From contig NW_021826067.1 in assembly GCF_006345805.1 (NCBI RefSeq), forward strand, positions 1-13,729: 13,729 nucleotides of DNA, written 5' to 3'. Shown here in pieces: positions 9,998 through 13,729 of this stretch. The notes under the pieces were generated by a model that had not been told where the DNA came from, did no database searches, and was given only the letters and a program-made list of their open reading frames with translations. The DNA is from Octopus sinensis. Its lineage: Eukaryota. The first letter of the stretch is position 1. Every line of letters starts with the position of its first letter. The position numbers and the translations under genes are program-made.

Positions 9998-10271
9998 TCT
10001 TCTACCCACAGGTCAGCTCACACACACGCCCTCCACAGGAGACACACATAGGCATCAGATACATCTACATACTCATCCAGCTGGTATACACACACATGTC
10101 CCGAAAGTCCCTTAAAAGACCCTAACCCTAACCAGATAACAAGACATCAGCTTTCCTGTCCAGCCGTGCGGTTAAGAAATTCTTATTCATGCATTTGGTG
10201 TGTCTGGAATGTCAATAATATATCTAATAATGCTATGTCCCACGCCTTGACCAATAGCAGCCTAGTTTCTG

Positions 10272-10307
10272 ATAGCAAGCTACCTACCACACAGCCCCTC
10301 TTGCGAC
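10272..10307 (-). mobile_element. SINE family B head fragment
   Basis: Minus strand GTCGCAAGAGGGGCTGTGTGGTAGGTAGCTTGCTA matches the head at 8101 and 6174. Confidence 0.65.
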
Positions 10308-10345
10308 TATATATATATATATATATATATATATCTGTAAATGTA

Positions 10346-10530
10346 ATATGTAACAATTATTCGGTAGCCATGATAAAACTCCGAGTTTCGGATGTCGAAG
10401 TGGAAATCCACGCCGCCATCTCTTCATTTTTTTCCGATGGCCGGATAACTGAAGAGATGGCGGCGTTGATTTCCACCTCGGCATCCGAAACTCGGAATTT
10501 TATCATGGCTACCGAATAATTGTCACATAT
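10346..10530. mobile_element. 185-bp palindromic element (81-bp arms, 23-nt spacer), MITE-like, TA-flanked
   Basis: 10346-10426 versus the reverse complement of 10450-10530 shows 5 mismatches and no indels. The ends read TA|TGT...ACA|TA. Confidence 0.85.
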
Positions 10531-11471
10531 AAATTCCTCTATGTACATAATATCAAGGTCTCTTTCATTCTTTTGTTGTCTTACCATTTTTATCAATATA
10601 TATATCATATCATATCATATATCATATTATATAAAAAATGCTGACACGGCATATAGTAAAGTATATGAAACGATTTATATATCAGTTTATTGATTTTAAG
10701 CATTATTTTATCCTGAAACAACTTGAGAAATATGACGAAAATATAGCAACAGTTACCATAGATATTGCATTCTTTCCATTAGAATAACGACTTTATAGAT
10801 TCGTTGACACCAGCCAGATATCTGTTACTACTTTATGATCAATTTAATCGAAACCGATGTATGAAAAATATTATTGTTTTTTTCTTTTTTGGGGGGGGGA
10901 GGGGGGTCATCGACAGAGTAACAATGAGAAGAAAATAAAAGAAAACACGATGAGTGTAAAGCTAAGTCGAACACATACAAAAAGATGAACGAAACAAAAG
11001 GTATTCAAATATGTCAGACTGACATTCAACCTTTTCCGTCATCTCGCTGCGCCAACAGACGACAAATAAGTCATCTGTTTATTTCCGGTAACAACGGAAA
11101 TTAATAGATATTATCAATAAAGGTGCGTTAATCAGTTGTGATGATTCACCAATACTTAAAACATCAGCAAATCACTTAAACATCTTTATTTCTTTATTAT
11201 TTATTAGCGATACTAAAAATACCTTAAGCGTAAACAATGCCCTTAAGGAAAATAATACACAAATTCAGAGACACACATATAGATAGATATATATGCATAT
11301 AGATAGATATATACATATACATACATAAATATATTCATACACACACACACACACATACACAGGCACAAGCGCATTTTTAGGCCTGATGGTCGGAAGAGTG
11401 AATGCTAGATACGACAGTAAGTATTAATAGTATGTTTAATTTGGTTGAGCCTGATTCTTGATACTCTGAGT

Positions 11472-11633
11472 AGCGGAATACTGACTGTGTGGGAAGTGGC
11501 TTGCTTACTAGCTACCTGGTCCGGCCTTCAGTTCCATTGCGTGGCAACTTGAGCAAGTTCTTCTACTATAGCCTCAGGCCGACCAGATATGGTAGGTGGA
11601 AACTGGAAGAAGCCCGTCGTATATATATATATA

Positions 11634-11673
<40 letters not shown>

Positions 11674-11912
11674 TATATATATGTATATTATGTCTATGTA
11701 TATGTATATATACCTATCCCCACCCCAACATCACTTGACAACTGATGGTGGTGTGTTTACGTCCCCGTAACTTAGAGGTTCGGCAAAAGAGACCGATAGA
11801 ATAAGTACTAGGCTTACAAAGAATGAGTCCTGGGGTAGATTTGCTCGACTAAATACGGTGCTCCAGCATGGCCGCAGTCAAATGACTGAAACAATTAAAA
11901 GAATAAAAGAAT
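11472..11912 (+). mobile_element. SINE family B, full bipartite copy with diverged 5' half
   Basis: Degenerate head to AAGCCCGTCG (11619), (TA) spacer 11620-11712, and an intact 3' half to GACTGAAACAATTAAAAGAATAAAAGA. Confidence 0.88.
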
Positions 11913-12250
11913 ATATATACCTACCTACCTACTACCTCTACTTACCTACCTACCTACCTACCTACCTACTTACCTACCTACATGCCTACCTACCTGCATA
12001 CATACATACATACATACACGCATATATACATACATATATACACACTCACACACACATATATACATATATATATATATGTATGTATGTATGTACATATTTA
12101 CATACCTTGATAGATACATATATATATATATATATATATATGCAAATGTATATACATATATATACATACATACATACACCCAGACACACACATACACACA
12201 CACACACACTCACACACATACATACGCACACACATATATATGGTGTTGTG
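11913..12250. repeat. Graded compound microsatellite (CCTA)n to (CATA)n to (TA)/(CA)n
   Basis: Directly visible. Confidence 0.92.
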
Positions 12251-12337
12251 TGTGTATTTGTAAGTACAAATTGCAAATGTTTTCTAATTCAGACACAAAT
12301 TTCACTATTCGTTGATACTTTCGGCCATCGTACATGA

Positions 12338-12383
12338 CAGGTACTTTATTTATCGACCCCGAAAGGATGAAAAATTAAGTTGG
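12338..12383 (-). mobile_element. Isolated central-domain fragment of SINE family A
   Basis: GGTACTTTATTTATCGACCCCGAAAGGATGAAA is nearly identical to 562-594. Confidence 0.75.
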
Positions 12384-12552
12384 TAACGATGGGATTACGA
12401 TTTACAATACAAAACGTTGCAGCAATAGCATTTTTCAGAAAGTGTTCTCTATACCAACGAAACTAAACGGACGATATAAGCAATGCAGAATGGGAAAGTC
12501 AATGGAATAACGTTTCGGAACAGAGTAAATATTAGTTAATTACACGATTTGC

Positions 12553-12890
12553 AGTGAGGGTGCGTGGCTTAGTGGTTAGGGCATTCGGCTCATGATCGTA
12601 AGGTTGTGAGTTCGATTCCCGGCGACGCGTTGTGTCCTTGAGCAAGACACTATATTTTCACGTTGCTCCAGCCACTCAGCTGGCAAAAATAGTTGTACTT
12701 GTATTTCAAAGGGTCAGCCTTGTCACTCCACTCTCTGTGTCACGCTGATTATCCCCGAGAACTACGTTAAGGGTACACGTGTCTGTGGAATGCTCAGCCA
12801 TTTGCCACGTTAATTTCACGAGCAAGCTGTTCCGTTGATCGTATCATCAGCTGGGACCTCGTCGTCGTAACCGGCGGAGTCTTCTTTTTA
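12553..12890 (+). mobile_element. SINE family D, full length with an 11-bp target-site duplication
   Basis: A box TGGCTTAGTGG 12565-12575, B box GTTCGATTCC 12610-12619, T5 at 12885-12889. TSD ACACGATTTGC at 12542-12552 and 12891-12901. Confidence 0.92.
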
Positions 12891-12939
12891 ACACGATTTG
12901 CCAAGCAATTCTACCGATCTGTGTCACAACAAGAAAAGT

Positions 12940-13200
12940 AAATAAACTTTACGAAGCAAATGGAGGAAGCCCACATCTAAAAGACTGTAAAAATTTGGAA
13001 GTTAAGCTATTCGAGTGAAAGAATTTGGCTTCCAAACCGCAGTCATTTCCATAGAAGTGGGCGCAAGAGGGTTTGTGGGCAGATCTAAACAATGATTTCA
13101 TGAAAGAGCTCTCAATTTCTGGAAGAGAAAACCAGAGTTCTTAGTGTAATGCAGAAGCAGCTGAGAATTGTTCCAGCTGGATCTGATCAAGGAGGAACGG
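12940..13200 (+). pseudogene. Restriction-like endonuclease C-terminus of a HERO-like (R2-group) non-LTR retrotransposon
   Basis: Frameshifted motifs in order: YEAN/MEEAH (12960-12974), GFQTAVISIEVGARGFVG (IEVGARGF 13051-13074), MKELSISG, AEAAENCSSWI*SRR (13151-13195). Confidence 0.8.
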
Positions 13201-13425
13201 AAGTCAATTTCAAATGGGATAATTTACCCTACACTTAACAGGCATCTGGGTCTGGGCTACCTTAACCACTTAGTTGGGTTGTTATCTGACAGTAGCAGCA
13301 GAATGTGGGCAGAAGAAGGGTGTCAAAGAGTCATGACCTAGTCCTAAAGCTAACCCTGCCCTTAGAGTGTTAAAAAGGTTATGAGTTGAAACCCTTGCAT
13401 GATGAAAGGGACTCCTCTGAATTCC
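13201..13425 (+). mobile_element. Probable 3' UTR of the HERO-like element
   Basis: Purine-richer structured sequence directly downstream of the RLE remnant. The boundary is inferred. Confidence 0.4.
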
Positions 13426-13689
13426 TTCTGCTAAGCTCTTCTCAGAATTTCTTACTACCAAATCGTTTCTGTGAGGAATGGACTGAAAGTTGGCGATGCA
13501 TATATCACCAACACCTACCAACCACTTACACAGAACACAGTAAACTTACTGTCATAAACAACAAAGTGTTTTTTGTAGAAGATACACTCCTAAATACACG
13601 AACATTAAACAAAGGATATAAGCAATCGACAAAGGGAAAGTCAACCATATAATATATCAAAACAGAGCAATATAGTAATTAATTGCATG

Positions 13690-13729
13690 ATTTACTAAGC
13701 AATGTTTCGATTGCTGAGTCACAACTATA
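13690..13729 (-). other. Possible further Penelope-type hammerhead remnant cut by the window edge
   Basis: Minus strand AGTTG-TGACTCAG-CAATC-GAAAC-AT followed by a T-rich tail. The CUGANGA core would lie outside the window. Confidence 0.3.

Noticed and set aside
10120-10133. CCCTAACCCTAACC interstitial telomeric repeat
   Set aside because: Only about 2.3 units, which is expected by chance.
10166-10608. Mirror-image ORFs on both strands encoding near-identical peptides
   Set aside because: A direct consequence of the DNA palindrome; there is no recognisable domain.
10830-10862. ATGATCA...ATC-GAAAC-CGAT-GTA hammerhead-like motif
   Set aside because: Two core mismatches, no stem I and a poor stem II; indistinguishable from chance.
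10891-10906. G9-A-G6 as a G-quadruplex
   Set aside because: It cannot supply four G3 runs with loops; it is a simple homopolymer.
11870-11900. SINE-B tail AGTC-AAAT-GACT-GAAAC resembling half a hammerhead (also about 6555-6590)
   Set aside because: There is no CUGANGA upstream; it is better explained as an ordinary 3' stem-loop.
12553-12625. tRNA gene call for the SINE heads (also 4189, 6174, 8101 and about 620-696)
   Set aside because: A and B boxes are present, but there is no complete cloverleaf or acceptor stem, and each head continues into a SINE body.
13399-13420. Box C (ATGATGA) and box D (CTGA) pair
   Set aside because: Only 11 nt apart, far too short for a C/D snoRNA.
13386-13652. 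88-aa plus-strand ORF and overlapping 79-aa minus-strand ORF
   Set aside because: No recognisable domain; probably retroelement UTR sequence.

Overview
AT-rich, repeat-saturated eukaryotic non-coding DNA (intron or intergenic). The tRNA-derived SINE sequences resemble the octopod OK/OR1/OR2-type SINEs, so the source is most likely an Octopus genome; this is recognition from memory, not a search result. I find no intact protein-coding gene. Almost all ORFs in the track are translations of (CA)n/(TA)n/(CT)n microsatellites. Real coding remnants are all from transposons: a decayed RTE-clade LINE (4743-6120) whose 5' part is inverted, a Tc1 transposase C-terminus (6894-7175), a Penelope-like element with a GIY-YIG endonuclease broken by a single frameshift (9103-9868, minus), and a HERO/R2-group restriction-like endonuclease fragment (about 12940-13200). 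The window also holds about nine SINE copies or fragments from four modular families, three Penelope-type termini that carry degenerate minimal hammerhead ribozyme motifs and abut (TA)n tracts, and two long near-perfect fold-back palindromes (8492-8798, 10346-10530). The most interesting signals are these RNA-structure and retrotransposition features. I do not see a clearly novel gene system.
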